NCBI GenBank assembly: GCA_051294375.1
Contig: CM119266.1
Span: 21,404,305 to 21,468,304 of the forward strand
Direction of reading: 5' to 3'
Origin: Paraspadella gotoi
Lineage: Eukaryota > Animalia > Chaetognatha
DNA: 64,000 nt
Under the pieces are notes generated by a model, which worked only from the letters and a program-made list of their open reading frames with translations, made no database searches and had not been told where the DNA came from. This document shows, in pieces, positions 24,975-39,401 of this stretch (position 1 is the stretch's first letter; every line of letters begins with the position of its first letter). The position numbers were made by a program, and so were the translations under genes.

Positions 24975-25200
24975 AGCGCCGTAATAGTGCACTGGGCTAA
25001 CTCTTCATCTCCGAACCCTAATGTCTCGGGTTCTAGCCTTGGTCGGAACAGTCCTTGCACATAGAGTGACGGGTCGCTTAAACCACCGGTAGCAAGCCTT
25101 CCGCTGGAAGGCAACTGACGGAAATATCTCCCAGACCCACTGGGAACCCTTAGTGACGACCTAATGCGACCTTCTCTCTTCCCTCAGTCACTTCAATAAC
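24975..25200 (+). mobile_element. tRNA-derived SINE-like element (duplicate at about 29684-29915)
   Basis: GC-rich island with an A-box-like TAGTGCACTGG and a B-box-like GGTTCTAGCC at tRNA-like spacing. A GAAGGCAAC..CGGAAA..TCTCC segment resembles RTE-type SINE tails. Confidence 0.5.
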
Positions 25201-25874
25201 ACCTTTCGTTTTAAAATCATGTTTTCTCTCCTTTCTCGTGTTTATTAAACTTTCTATACGGCGCAATTAAATCAATATTATATAATGTAACGTTTAAAGA
25301 TAAACCAACCCCGCGTCGAAAGAAAAGAAAAGCTGCGGTGAATGAGATTCCTCTTTCCTTTCGTGTTCAGCGGGCGACGAAGATCCAATTGACTTCGGGT
25401 CTAAACCCGTCTTTTCTGCTCAAATGGACTCTGGTCAAACTGACCCCTCAGGCCTCGTGACGAGCGGAGTCCGATTCGATGAAACTTGGCTCGTCGTCGT
25501 TATCATCATCGTCATCGTCGTCGTCGTCGTCATCATCATTATCATCATCATCATCATCTTCATCATCATCTCTATAATCTGGATAAAGTAGTATTCTTTA
25601 TTTTATTTTCGTCACCAGCCTCGTTTTTATCATTTTCGGCGTTATTGTCATCATAAGTCGCCGTCGTTGTCATCTTCATCATCTTCGTCGTTGTCGTCGT
25701 CGTCGTATCCGGGAAACGGAATTCGTCGGTCACAGATTCACAGTGAATATATTTTTTTTCGATTCAGCTTGTGATCTCCGACAGATTCTGAATGAATTCG
25801 AAAGAGAGAAAAAAAGAGGGAAAATATACGTCTTCGTACAAACACGAAATAAGTATAGAAAAGAGACAGATCAT

Positions 25875-25940
<66 letters not shown>

Positions 25941-26317
25941 CAAAAAAATGGATATATTCATGAAAACCGATTAAGAAATGCGACTTGGAGATAATATTTG
26001 TACCTTTTTCCTTCTTTCTTTTTTTTCTTTCGTCCCTGTATTGCCTCGCCCTTCGTTTTCCTCTAAATCCATCTAGCGGTTAGGTCAATTTCTCTCTTTA
26101 TACATTCCACCTCTCTCTCGAGTCTTTTTCTCTCTCTCTCCTCTCTTCTTTCTCTCTCTCTCTCTCTCTCTCTGCTCTCATCTCTCTCTCTTCTCCTCTC
26201 TCTCTCATCTCTCTCCTTCTCTTCCCTAGGTCAGAATTTTTTTTCCGAAAATTGAATAATTTCCTTATCACGTCGTCTGTGCTCATTATCTATCTAGCTT
26301 TTCCAATTTATTTCTTA

Positions 26318-26372
<55 letters not shown>

Positions 26373-27614
26373 ATTCTCCTCTCCTCTCTCTCTCTCTCTC
26401 CCTCTTATCACGACACTGACTGAAATAAATCATAGGATTAATATCATTTCGGGTTTTTCAAAGCTGATATTTCATTCATTCATCCATTTTTTTCTATTTT
26501 TTTTTCTCAATATCATGTCCTGACCTGCTCGGGACTCTGGACTCGGCGGTTAACAGATTACGACTCTTTTTTCTATTTTCCTTTTTTTTTCCTTTCTTTC
26601 TTTCCCTAATTTTTTTTCACTTCCTTTGCCTGCTTCATTTCCGAATCCCCTTTTCCGTCACGCATAAGGAAAATTCACTATCTTTCTCAACGCCCGGGTA
26701 GGGCAAATGATCGCGCAACCAATCGAAAGCTTCAGTCAAGTTTCCTTTGACTTATCAGCGTGAGACAGCGACGTCATGGCGTTTCACTTTTAAAAAAATA
26801 TCCATAAAAATAAAGAAAAACCTACGAGGATTGAGGCGACCAATCGAAAAGACGTAATCCGTGTTCGCCCAATCAAAAGTCGACGACGCGAACTTAATCA
26901 TTATCGCCTCATGGAGAAAGACAAAATGAAAAATCCGTTAATGGAGCGTAAATTTGTAAACAAAAATACTATGTCGGACCTCAACAGTTTTTTACCTTTC
27001 GTTACCGTCTTAGTGGTTTTTTAAAATTGTCTTTGACCAAAAAAAAAATCCAAATCATTAAAAAAATTATCCTCAAAATTTTAGAAAAGGTATTATATAC
27101 ATTTTTTGCGTATTTTAAAATAGAATTATAAAAGCAATGGGTAAGCAAAAAAAGTTAAATTGATATTCTTTCACTATTTATATTAGTTTGGTATATACTT
27201 TATACGAAAATTGATGTCCTGAGTTTTAACACTAATTGACGTAGTATCTATGAAAATTTGCACATTACTTGTTTCACTATTTTCTATTTTTCTATTTTAA
27301 TATTTTTATATCTTTATTATTTAATGTGTATGTAATATTTTTGTGAGAAAGTGTATACGTCGTAGCCCGTAAAGTTTGTACAGAATTCAAGAAAAATTTT
27401 CACTATCGTTTTGAATATAATTGTCATCAAAATTTAATTCAAGGATGTTACGGAAATCCTGGAAAATCATATCACTCACTCGTATTTCTTCTTAACTTAT
27501 GATAAGCTTAAATGCTGATACGAGATAGCTGTTTTGTATTTGGTAAGTACATTAATACCTATTAAGATTTAGTGGCCATATAATCAAGCCTGACCTGACT
27601 AACCAAGAAAACTG

Positions 27615-27760
27615 GCAAACCAATGGGACGCGTAAATCGTATCAGCCAATCAGCGACGACCTTATTCGACGCGTCGACCAATCATCGTCGAGCTCTCGTC
27701 GGCGTTGCCCGGTGAAGGCGCGGAAGTCAAGTGACGAGAAATTCACGTTTGAATCCCGTT
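27615..27760 (+). promoter_or_regulatory. Putative TATA-less promoter with three CCAAT boxes, an ETS-like CGGAAGT and a CHR-like TTTGAA
   Basis: CCAAT at 27620, 27646 and 27678, CGGAAGT at 27721 and TTTGAA at 27748, in a CpG-rich patch after an AT-rich spacer. A second CCAAT cluster lies at about 26719-26873. Confidence 0.35.
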
Positions 27761-27793
27761 CAGTCGCGAGAAAAGAACCGCGAAGGCGAGAGA

Positions 27794-27827
<34 letters not shown>

Positions 27828-28724
27828 NNNNNNNNNNNNNNNNNNNNNNNNNNNNNNNNNNNNNNNNNNNNNNNNNNNNNNNNNNNNNNNNNNNNNNNNN
27901 NNNNNNNNNNNNNNNNNNNNNNNNNNNNNNNNNNNNNNNNNNNNNNNNNNNNNNNNNNNNNNNNNNNNNNNNNNNNNNNNNNNNNNNNNNNNNNNNNNNN
28001 NNNNNNNNNNNNNNNGAGAGAGAAGAAAACAAACTGAAGAGGAATAATGTTTAACTTGAGGAAAAACGGAAAACGCAACTGAAAAATTAATGAAGACGAA
28101 ACACGAAACTTGAAAAAGTTAAAAAACGCCAAATTGAAGAAGAAATTCGCAAACATACATACTTACATACATACATATTATCTACTTTTTATTCTCAATA
28201 CAAACGAAAAAAAAAAAAGAAATCTTCACTTTTTTAATAAACGGCCGTTGTTTATTTTGATAAACCGTGGGATCACGTGACGAGTGAGACGCGTCGTCTA
28301 AGTCCGACGCTTTTTTGTTCTCTCTTCAAGAAAAACTCTCGTTTGACCACTCAACGCTCGCAAAGGAACGAAAAAAGCAATTGTGAAAAAATAAAAAAAA
28401 TGAAAACCGCAAAAAAAATAAAAAATAAATAAATAAATAAAAGGCAAAAGAAAATAAAGTTTCCGACGCCTCGACGCGACGATATGACGATAATATTTCA
28501 ATTACCGTCACCTTGACAACGAGAATAACAACGACGACGAACCCAACTTAACGCGATGATAACCGACGACGACGATGAATGACAAGTTTGGCGCGAATAC
28601 AAAAATGGCTAACAAGTGTTTGATGCGAAGAAGGGAGATTAAGTTCGTTCTCTCTCTCTCTCTCTCTCCTCTCATTTGCTCCTCTCTTCTCTCGTCATTT
28701 CTCTCTCTCTCTCTTTCTTGTCCC

Positions 28725-30649
28725 AGATTTCCCTTCATATGCTTCTCCTTTTTTCATGCTGAATCAAACTTGAACGTAACGCCCGTCGGACGGAATACGC
28801 GTCACAGGAGTTTTTCGTCTCAGCCTTTAATAAAAATGTAAGATGATTGAAGTGTCTGATCTCACTGCTCCTCAGTCTTTACTCTCTCTCGCTCTCGGCT
28901 CTCGTCTCTCCCTTCCGTACCCTCATCTCATGGATCTCTCTCTCTCTCCTCTCGTTCTCTCTCTTCTCGTCTCTCTTTCCCAGTCCAGAGGATGTGGCTG
29001 GTTCCATGCCATCTCCTACTCTCCGTTGCCACCTTTGTTCCGTCAACATCCGCCAGAAACGGCGTTGCGAAGCGCCATTATTTGTCCCCTTCGTCGGAAT
29101 AACGGATGGAAGAGAAAAGATAAACGGGAAAGGAAAGAAATCTTTGGCGGAAAGCGAAGCGATGTGGCGTTAATTCTGCGTCGTTAATCTGGTTCCGGAG
29201 ACCCATTGTTTTTTTTTTGTTTTCTTTTTATTCATGTTTTTTTATTTAACACCGGAAGCGTCAAGCGGAACATTGGCTTTTTTTTCACGTCTTTGTTTTT
29301 TTATTTAATTTCTAAACTTAAAAAAGCATATAAAGGCAGACCGAAAATAATATATCGCGGGGGAGCGCTAGCTGCTAACGAGTAGACCGAGGGCGTCTCG
29401 TCTAAAATATTGTTGGTCCTCAAAAAATTTGGCGAGGGAGAATAAAAAGAATCGGAAAATGAACTTAAAATCATCGGAGAAAAAAAGTAAATTATTGATT
29501 TTTCTAACATTAATCGCTCTTTAAACTTATCGCATTTTTATAGTTTTTTTGCCTACTCCTATTAAGATAAATGTTAATCGATCTCGTTCTACAGTTATTT
29601 TTTTCGTTAATTTCGGAATAGTGTTGATAATGTAGTGATATAATATACGATATCGGATTGCTGTTACGACTGTTTCGTTCCACAGCGCCCGTAATAGTGC
29701 ACTGGGCTAACGTCTTCATCTCCGAACCCTAATGTCTCCGGTTCTAGCCTTGTCGGAAGCATCCTTGGGCACATAGAGTGACGGGTCGCTTAAACCACCG
29801 GTAGCAAGCCTTCCGCTGGAAGGCAACTGACGGAAATATTCCCAGACCCACTGGAACCCTTTAGTGACGAACCTGTATATGCGACCGTTCTCTCTTTCCT
29901 GCAGTCACTTCAATAACAACCTTTCGTTTTAAAATCAAATAGTCTTTCTCTCCTTTCTCGTGTTTATTAAACTTTCTATAACGGCGCAAGTTAAATCAAG
30001 TAGTTCATACATATGTAACGTTTAAAGATAAACCAACCCGCGTCGATAAGAAAGAAAGCTGAAGTGAATGAGATTCGTCTTTCCTTTTCTGTGTTCAGCG
30101 GGCGACAGACGATCCATTGACTTCGGGGTCCTAAAAACCCCGTCTTTTTGTCTGCCCTAAATGGACCTCTGGTAAAACTGACCCCGTCAGGCCTCGAGTG
30201 ACCGAAGCGGAGTCCGATTCGATGAAACTTGGCTCGTTCGTCGTTATCGATCATCGTCATCGTCGTCTGTCGTCGTCACATCATTATCATCATCCCATCC
30301 ATCATCTTCATACATCATCTCTATAATCTGGATAAAGTAGTATCTTTAATTTTATTTGCGTCACCAGCGCCTCGTTTTTATCACTTTCGGCGTTAATTGT
30401 CATCATGACAGTAGCGCGTCGGCATGCTCCAGATCATGATTCAGATACGAGCCTCTCATGTCGTCTGTCGTGTCGTCATCCCGGGAAACGGAATTGTCGG
30501 TCCACAGATTCACAGTGAATATATTTTTTTCGATTCAAGCTTGTGATCTCCGACAATTCTGAAATGAATTCGAAAGAGAGAAAAAAAAGAGGGAAAATAT
30601 ACGTCTTCGTACAAACACGAAAATAAGTATAGAAAAAGAGACAGATCAT

Positions 30650-30702
<53 letters not shown>

Positions 30703-30945
30703 GAGAGAGAGAGAGAGAGACGAGAGCAAGACAAAAAAATGGATATATTATCATGAAAACCGATTAAGAAATGGCGAGCTTGATGAAATATTTGTACCTT
30801 TTTCTTCTTTCTTTTTTTTTCTTTCGTCCCTGATTGCTTCGCCCTTCGTTTTCCTCTAAATCCATCTAGGCGGTTAGGTCAAATTTCTACTACTTTTATC
30901 TCACTCTCTCTTCTTTTCTCTCTTTCTTCTTCTCTCTCTCTCTCT

Positions 30946-30988
<43 letters not shown>

Positions 30989-32625
30989 ACTCTCTCTCTC
31001 TCTCTCTCCTTCTCTTCCCTAGGTCAGAAGTTTTTTTCCGAAAATGAATAATTTCCTTACACTGGTCGTCCTGTGCCTCATATCTATCTAGCTTTCCATT
31101 TATTTTTATTTTCCTCTCGTCTCTCTCTCTTCTCGTCTCTCTCCATCTCTCTCTCTCTACGTCTGACTCTCTCTCTCTCTCCTCTCCCTCTTATCACGAA
31201 CGAGCTGACTGAAATAAATCATAGGATTAATATCAATTTTCGGGTTTTTCAAAGCTGAATTTCATTCATTCATCATTTTTTTCTATTTTTTTTTCTCAAA
31301 TATCATGGTCCTGACGCTGCTGCGGACTCCTGGCTCGGCGGTTAAAGATTACGACTCTTTTTTTCTATTTTCCTTTTTTTTTCCTTTCTTTTCTTTCCCT
31401 AATTTTTTTTCACTCGCTTTGCCATGCTTGCATTTCCGAATCCCCTTTTCCGTCACGCATAAGGAAAAATTCACTTCTTTCTCACGCGCCGGGTAGGGCA
31501 AATGATCGGCGCACCAATCGAAAGCTTCAGTCCAGTTTCCTTTGACTTATCAGCGGTAGACAGCGACGTCATGGCGTTTTCACTTTTAAAAAAATATCCA
31601 TAAAAATAAAGAAAAACCTAACGAGGATTGAGGGCGACCAATCGAAAAGACGTAACCGTGTTCGCCCAAATCAAAAAGTCGACGACCGCGAAACTTACTC
31701 TTACGCTCAATGGGAGAAGAAAAATGAACCGTTTATATGGAAGCGTAAAATTTTGTAAACAAAATACTAGTCGACACAGTTTTTACGCTTTCGTTACCGT
31801 CTGTAGTGGTTTTTAAAATTGTCTTTGACCAAAAAAAATCCAAAATCATTTAAAAAAATTATCCTCAAAATTTTATATAATTAGTTAAATTACCTCAAAA
31901 TTTATTATTATTTTATTTTTGCGTATTTTAAAATAGAATTATAAAGCATGGGTAAGCAAAAAAAGTTAAATTGATATTCTTTCACTATTTATATTAGTTT
32001 GGTATAATACTTTAATACGAAAAATTGATGTCCTGAGTTTTAACACTAAATTGACTGTAGTATCATATGAAATAAACTTTGCACATATACTTGTCACTAT
32101 TTTCTATTTTTCTATTTAATTATTTTATATCTTTATTATTTAATGTGTATGTAATATTTTTTGAGAAAGATGTATACGTCGTAGCCCGTAAAGTTTTGTA
32201 ACAGAATTCAAGAAAAATTTTCACTATCGTTTTTGAATATAATTGTCATCAAAATTTAATTCAAAGGATGTTTCGGCAAATCTGGAAAATCAATATCACT
32301 CACTCGCTATTTCTCTTAACTATGATAGCTTAAATGCCTGATAACGAATAGAGTGGTTTTGTATTGGTAAGTACAATTAATACCTATTAAGATTTAGTTG
32401 GCCATATAATCAAGCTGACCTGACTAACCCAAGAAAACTGGCAAACCATGGGACGCGTAAAATCGTATCAGCGCAATCAGCGACGACCTTATTCGACGCG
32501 TCGACAATGCATGTCGAGCTCTCTCGGCGTTGCCCGGTGAAGGCGCGGGAAGTCAAGTGCGAGAAATTCACGTTTGAATCCCGTTTCGTCGCGAGAAAGA
32601 ACCCGCGAAGGCGAGAGAAAAACAG

Positions 32626-32682
<57 letters not shown>

Positions 32683-32817
32683 AGGAAGAGGTGAAAACCT
32701 GAAAAAGAAAGGCTAAAAGCAAATTAACTAAATAATAATGAGAGGGCGGAAAGAATAGATTTAGAGAACAGATGAGAAAGAGAAAGAGTTGAAAGAATAA
32801 AACAAAATATGAAGAGA

Positions 32818-32893
<76 letters not shown>

Positions 32894-33550
32894 AGAGAGA
32901 GAAAAGATAGAGAAGAAAACAAACTGAAGAGAATAATGTTAACATTGAGGAAAAACGGAAACGCAACTGTAAAAATTAATGAAGACGAAACACGAAACTT
33001 GAAAAAGTTAAAAAACGCCATAATCTGAAGAAGAAATTCGCAACATCAATACTTACATACATACATACTTATCTACTTTTATTCTCATACAAACAAAAAA
33101 AAAAAAAGAAATGCTTCACTTTTTTAATAAACGCCGTTGTTTATTTTGAATAAACCGTGGGATCACGTGACGCAGTGAGACGCGTCGTCTAAGTCCGACG
33201 CTTTTTTGTTTCTCTCTTCATAGAGAAAACTCTCGTTTCGACCACTCAACGCTCGCAAAAGGAACGAAAAAGCAATTGATGAAACAAATAAAATAAAATG
33301 AAAACCGCCAAAAAAAATAAAATAAATAAATAAATAAAAGGCAAAAGGAAAATAAAGTTTCCGACGCCTCGACGCGACGATATGACGATAATTTTCAATT
33401 ACCGTCACCTGACAACGAGAATAACAACGACGACGAACCCAACTAACGCGATGATAACGCGACCGCGATGAATGACAAGTTGGCGCGAATACAAAAATGG
33501 TGGCTAACAAGTGTTTGATGCGAAGAAGGGAGAATAAGTTCGTTTCTCTC
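28725..33550 (+). repeat. Tandem duplication 1, copy B (probable assembly artefact)
   Basis: Insertion-rich copy of 24185-28660. It contains sequence where copy A has an N-gap, and it ends about 280 bp before a 25-N gap. Confidence 0.9.
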
Positions 33551-34026
33551 ATCTCTCTCTCGGTCTCTCTCGTCTTCTCTCGCTCTCTCTCTCTCTCTCT
33601 CTCTCCGTCTTCTCTCTCATCTCTCTCTCTCTCGTTAAATGTTTAAGTTCATTTTCTCTCTTCCTTCTCTCTCTCTTCTCTCTTCTCTCTCTCTCTCTCT
33701 CCTCTCATCTCTTCTCTTCTCCTCATCTCTCGTTAAATGTTTAAGTTTCATTTTCTCTCTCTCTCTCTCTCTCTCTCTCCTCTCTCTCATCCCTCTCTCT
33801 CTCCTCTCTTCTCTGTTAATGTTTACCTAATNNNNNNNNNNNNNNNNNNNNNNNNNCTAATATGTTTGGATTTCTGCAATACTTTGCTCTAACTCCGTCA
33901 TAGTCTCTCTAATCATCTCAGTCATAGTCATTACACATTCCATTGTCATTATGATCATCACCATCATCATCATCAGCGTCATCATTTCTATTCCCCCCAA
34001 TTCCTCGAGGTGCCCTTTGTTATCTT

Positions 34027-34059
<33 letters not shown>

Positions 34060-36166
34060 ACGTTCCTGACGTCATTCCCATCGATAAAGTTTTTTTTTTT
34101 TTTGTCACGAATTCTCGTTCGACTCCCGGAGATTCATCCTCATTTGCATATTTTTCGCCTCGGATTACGACGCCCGTTACGACGGATCCTTTGATTTTCC
34201 GCCACGAATGCGAGAAACAATTTTACGGTAAATCAATGCGGGTATCGTGACCGGTGGCTCCTTCACCGTAACATACTTTCAATAATATCATTAATATTAT
34301 TAATATTCGCTGCTTTTTTTTTCATTTAGAGAATTGAAGACGTTAATTCAATTTTAAATGTTTTTATTAACTAGAATTAAAAAGCAAAAAAAAAACAATA
34401 ATAAATAGAGTCTACGTCACAAAAAGTATACTAAGTTGAATCATAAAGAAGGAAAAAAACCTTTTTTTATTTATTTGTCATCAAAATGATGAATTCGGGT
34501 TGACACATGATATAACTCAGAGGAGGCTATTTTTCTGATTGGTCCCTCTAATCTTTTCATTCTTGAATATATATCCTCTTTTTTCTACAATTCATACTTG
34601 TTTTTATATTCTTTCTCAACGAATTATTTAAAAAGGTAAAATTAATCAAGTTTAAACAAGTTAAGAACCATTAAAAAACATTAAAAACCTTAGGCTCGAT
34701 CGATCATCGATAGGGAAATCGCTACTTAATGAGGAGAAACTGCATCTAAATGATCTTTCTCTTCTAATTTACGATTGGATGTTGAGCTTCGACACGGTGA
34801 TCAGGCTCGTCGTCGTCGTCGTCGGCGTCGTCGTCGTCGTCGTCGTCGTCGTCGGCGTCGTCGTCACCGCCTCCGCTGATCCCCGTTGCGTTCCCCTTGT
34901 TCTTTGTCATGCATTGAAAAACGATTCTCCGAGAGCCGGTTCTGCCGGATCTCGCCGGATCTCGGTCGATTCTTGCCGATTCTATCTGAGCGATCTTTCC
35001 GCGCCTACCGAGCCCGACGGGCGGGGCCGTTTTGAGCCTTACGTGGCGTGGGGCCGTGGGAGTACTCCGGTGGAGGTTGCCCGGTTATTTTTGGTTTTTT
35101 TTCTCAGTTTAATTAAAAAAGGGGAAAAAAATATAAGGTGAGAGAGTGTCGGGGGAATGATAATATAAATTGGCGAACTGGATGATAGTTCGATTAGCAA
35201 AGTTGATTTGACAAATGTTGAAAAAATAACAAAAAGGGAGTGAATACTACATAACTTGTTTATATTTATTTAAATTAAAATTTTCTTTCTGATTTTTTCC
35301 ATCGCCAATGGTTTGCCTTTTCTCGCTCTTCGATCTTAAACTCTCACTCTAAAGTTCACCTTTCAATATTTCGTCCCTTGGTATATATAAACTAAAAAAT
35401 ACTCAAGGCAGGGGTCGGCGCCTCGGCATAAGTCATCCTTATCGCCATGGATTCGCCGAGATTTCGTCGGGATTTGTCCCCAAATATATTTTCTCTTTTT
35501 GTTTTCCGGATTTTTCGTGTTTGTGTGTTTTTCTTTTTTTCTTTTCTTTTTTTTTTGTGAATCGGGTTTGTGTCACAACCAAGCGTGATATGAAAAAAAA
35601 ATTGCGTGCTGACTGCTGAGTCGGTGGTACGCGATTGTAACTTTTTTAATTAGCGGGTAGTTTAATGTAAATGTTAAATCAATTTAATGTTATATTTTGG
35701 AAGCTCAAATGATTGAAAAAAAGACGATGACGACGACGAAGACGGCGACGAAGTCTTTGTACTCTGTGACCCGTAGTGCCGTAGTGGTCAGCAAGAATGA
35801 CGTGTTTTTACCCGAACATGAATAATAACCTTGATATGGCTGACCTTTTTCAGCCCATGTAAATACGTAGTTGTTGTTGTTGTTGTTATTTTTATCGTTT
35901 TTGATTTTTACTCTAAGTTTGAAAAAAATATGACTCATTTAATGTTTTTACGAAGTTAACCCAAGGAATATCAATCGGCTGATTGCCTTGACTATAGCTT
36001 CTTTATTGAAATAAAGGAAATCCAAGAAAATTACTTGAGTGATCTTTGGATCATTTATAAATAAACTTACAGGAAGCTAAAAACGATAATTCATAGAAAA
36101 GAAGATCCGCCGACTTTGAAACTAAAAATTTTAGTAAAAGATCCTTATGTCCTTATGGTATTTAAA

Positions 36167-36197
<31 letters not shown>

Positions 36198-37094
36198 CGT
36201 CGGAATTTCGACGCCGGGGGCAAAAAAAAATTGTGAGGATTTTATCTTAATTTCACCTCCCCCTCCCCCCCTAGAGTCTCTGGGGTCATTTTTCAAACCG
36301 ACGAAAATTCTACGGCGCTCATCTACCCAACAACGCATAATTTTCAGATTAGAAAACGAAACTCAGGTTATTCGACGCGCGACGCGTGCGTGCACGCAGC
36401 ACTGGCTCATTAGCGCCATTTTTTGCTTTTACCACGAGAAACTGGGTCTTAGATACGAATTTTTGATTAACAATGTTAATTAAATTATCCTTATTTATTA
36501 TTTAACTAATTTTCTGAACAAAATGCTTTACCGAAGGAATATGTGAGTTTAATTTAATATGTATAGATTCAGTGCGGAATTTAAATGAAAATTTATGGCA
36601 ATTGGTATAACATGTTGTGGTTGAATTTCGAATTAGTTTTAAGGTGAATTTTACCGTCAATTTCCGCTCGGTGGCATTTCATTTTGCAAAGACGAAAACC
36701 TGTTTAGAAAATTTCCTATTTTTTTGTTTTTATTTTTTCTTCAATTTTTTATCGTCGCCATTTGCGGCGATGAAAAACAATTTGAAAAAAAACTTTTACG
36801 GATTCCGTGCTTCGAGTTTTTGACTGATTTTAATTATCAAACGAATGGAAATAACAAAACAGACAATTGGAGAGAAATATGAAAAAAAAAAGAAATCTCA
36901 TTGATAATTGCTTGGATATTTCTATGACAACACTGCAAAATAAAATTAAAAAAGATTAAATCGAATTCGAATAGATATATCAGGAAAGGTAATCGCATTA
37001 GGGAGATGAATAGAGAAATAAATAATTACGTTATCGACGAGTCACGTGATTCAGGCATCAATTTAACCAAATATTCTATTTTTGTCGTACCTTA

Positions 37095-37125
<31 letters not shown>

Positions 37126-37698
37126 CTCTGCTCGTCTCTCTCTCCGCGTTCTCTCGTACGACGTGCTCTCTCTCACGAGATTCAGTTTGGACATAAAAAA
37201 CTGGCCAAGGGTGCCAATGCTAACATGTCATTAACTTATTTTCATATTTGTATATTAGAACATAAATTCCTTGTAAGTACATAAATGTAACATATTTTAT
37301 TGTTAATAGTGGTTAACTGTCACATTTTGGAGCAATTATAAAATCAAATTAAACATCGTCTCTCTCTCTGCTCGAGTCTCTCTCTCATCGTCTCTCTCTC
37401 GTCTCTCTCTCTCGTCTCTCTCGTCTCAACTCTCTCCTCCCTTTCTAATTTCTCCGCCCATGCGTCGTTATTCCTTCTCACTCTCACGTCACAATCTCTC
37501 CTTCTTTTCTTTCTCCTTTCGCTCACGTTTTCCTCCCTCCCATCCTTCCCCCTATCAACTTTATACGGTTTACATCGTGATTTATTTACTTTTCTCCCCT
37601 TCCCATCTCCATGGCAACGAAATACTCACAACGCAGAAAAAAAAAACGATCATAAAAAATAATAAAAAGCCCGCGTTTCTTTTGGTGTCGACAGGTTA

Positions 37699-38518
37699 TT
37701 ACGACGCCATTGAACCGGAAACAACATTCGACGCCTGCGATTGACGCCTCGCGGTGAATATTTCCATTCTGCGCAGCGTCTCGCGGCGTCGCGCGGCGTC
37801 GAGAGAGACCGGCGTCGCCGGCATCTTTGACGGCGTCGCTCCCCTCCCCGCCTCCCGCGCGCCATCTATCGACGACGGGGGAGTCTTTGTCAACGTCTTA
37901 CTTTTGGCGAAGTGAACTCAAAAGGGCGGATGGGAATAACTTACTAATCTCAAAAAAAAAAAGGCAATGAAAGGAATGGAAGGATTGACATTGGATAATG
38001 GGTACCGATGCGAAAGACGAAGATTTGAATTCTCAACTTCACGATTTGACTTTTTTCGTTTATAACATTTTTACTAATAAAAAACTCGCCTCTCTATTGA
38101 AACGATTTATTTTTCTCTCACGTCTTTAGTTCTTTTTTTTTCTCCACNNNNNNNNNNNNNNNNNNNNNNNNNNNNNNNNNNNNNNNNNNNNNNNNNNNNN
38201 NNNNNNNNNNNNNNNNNNNNNNNNNNNNNNNNNNNNNNNNNNNNNNNNNNNNNNNNNNNNNNNNNNNNNNNNNNNNNNNNNNNNNNNNNNNNNTCTCTCT
38301 CTTCACCCGGACGAAGGTCGAAGAATTCCATCATCATCCGTCATTCCTTACTTTTCCGCCGACGATCGACGGCGGGTCGACCTTTGATCACGTGATCATT
38401 CACCGGCCTCCACGTGATCGTTCGTCGTTCATCGCGCCGTCGTTCTTCTTCGTCCACGTGATCGCGAGAGGTTGTTCACGTGATCGTTCACGTGATCGGT
38501 GATCGCTCGTCACGCGAT
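37699..38518 (-). CDS. Possible 3' exons of an unknown minus-strand gene
   Basis: GC-rich segment 38518-38352 (DHVDEEERRR...DHVIKGRPAVDRRRK) ends in a GTAAGG donor. The terminal frame of about 37905-37699 reads ...DAARRRETLRRMEIFTARRQSQ...-stop. The region is interrupted by gaps and no domain was recognised. Confidence 0.25.
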
Positions 38519-39088
38519 NNNNNNNNNNNNNNNNNNNNNNNNNNNNNNNNNNNNNNNNNNNNNNNNNNNNNNNNNNNNNNNNNNNNNNNNNNNNNNNNNN
38601 NNNNNNNNNNNNNNNNNNNNNNNNNNNNNNNNNNNNNNNNNNNNNNNNNNNNNNNNNNNNNNNNNNNNNNNNNNNNNNNNNNNNNNNNNNNNNNNNNNNN
38701 NNNNNNNNNNNNNNNNNNNNNNNNNNNNNNNNNNNNNNNNNNNNNNNNNNNNNNNNNNNNNNNNNNNNNNNNNNNNNNNNNNNNNNNNNNNNNNNNNNNN
38801 NNNNNNNNNNNNNNNNNNNNNNNNNTTTTCCAAGGATTAAGTTTTCTTCTTTTGTCGGTAGTGGTTTTTTACGACGCTTACTTTCAAAACCAACCTAACT
38901 TACTTTTACTTACTTTGCAGAGTTCGTCGACAACCTCTTCTCATTTCAACCTCCACACGTCTTTTACTGCCCCTTTCCAATTCAAATTTCGTTCCAACGG
39001 ATCTCCCATTAGGATACTCCTCTAGCGACGCGACGCTTACCGTCGGCTTCCCGACACTTTTAACGCCCAACACCCCCGTACCTTTCCG

Positions 39089-39135
<47 letters not shown>

Positions 39136-39233
39136 ACTCATCTCTCTTCTCTTTCTCTCTCTCTCTCTTCTCTACTCTCTCTTAAAACAAACCCCATCGC
39201 TTCGCCTTCCCCAACCTTTCGCCCTTCTCCGCC

Positions 39234-39370
39234 ATGACATCGATGGCGCGTAATTCCGGCGCTCCATTATCTCGCGGCGACGCGGAATCCCAGCGCCGGG
39301 CGTCAATTAAACCGGCGCTGTCTCGTCCTCCCCTCTACTATCCCGTTGGTCGCCTTCGTCTTCATCCTCT

Positions 39371-39401
<31 letters not shown>

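Larger units (their letters stand above)
24185..28660 (+). repeat. Tandem duplication 1, copy A
   Basis: Colinear with 28725-33550 throughout, with indel-dominated differences. Confidence 0.9.

Noticed and set aside
25455-25740. Asp-rich (DDDEDDD) minus-strand peptide suggestive of a biomineralisation protein
   Set aside because: It needs several frameshifts, the duplicate copy does not preserve it, and GAC/GAT trinucleotide tracts are ubiquitous in this genome.
33857-34108. Met/Thr-rich 83-aa ORF
   Set aside because: It arises from ATG/ACG trinucleotide low complexity beside a gap, with no splice or domain support.
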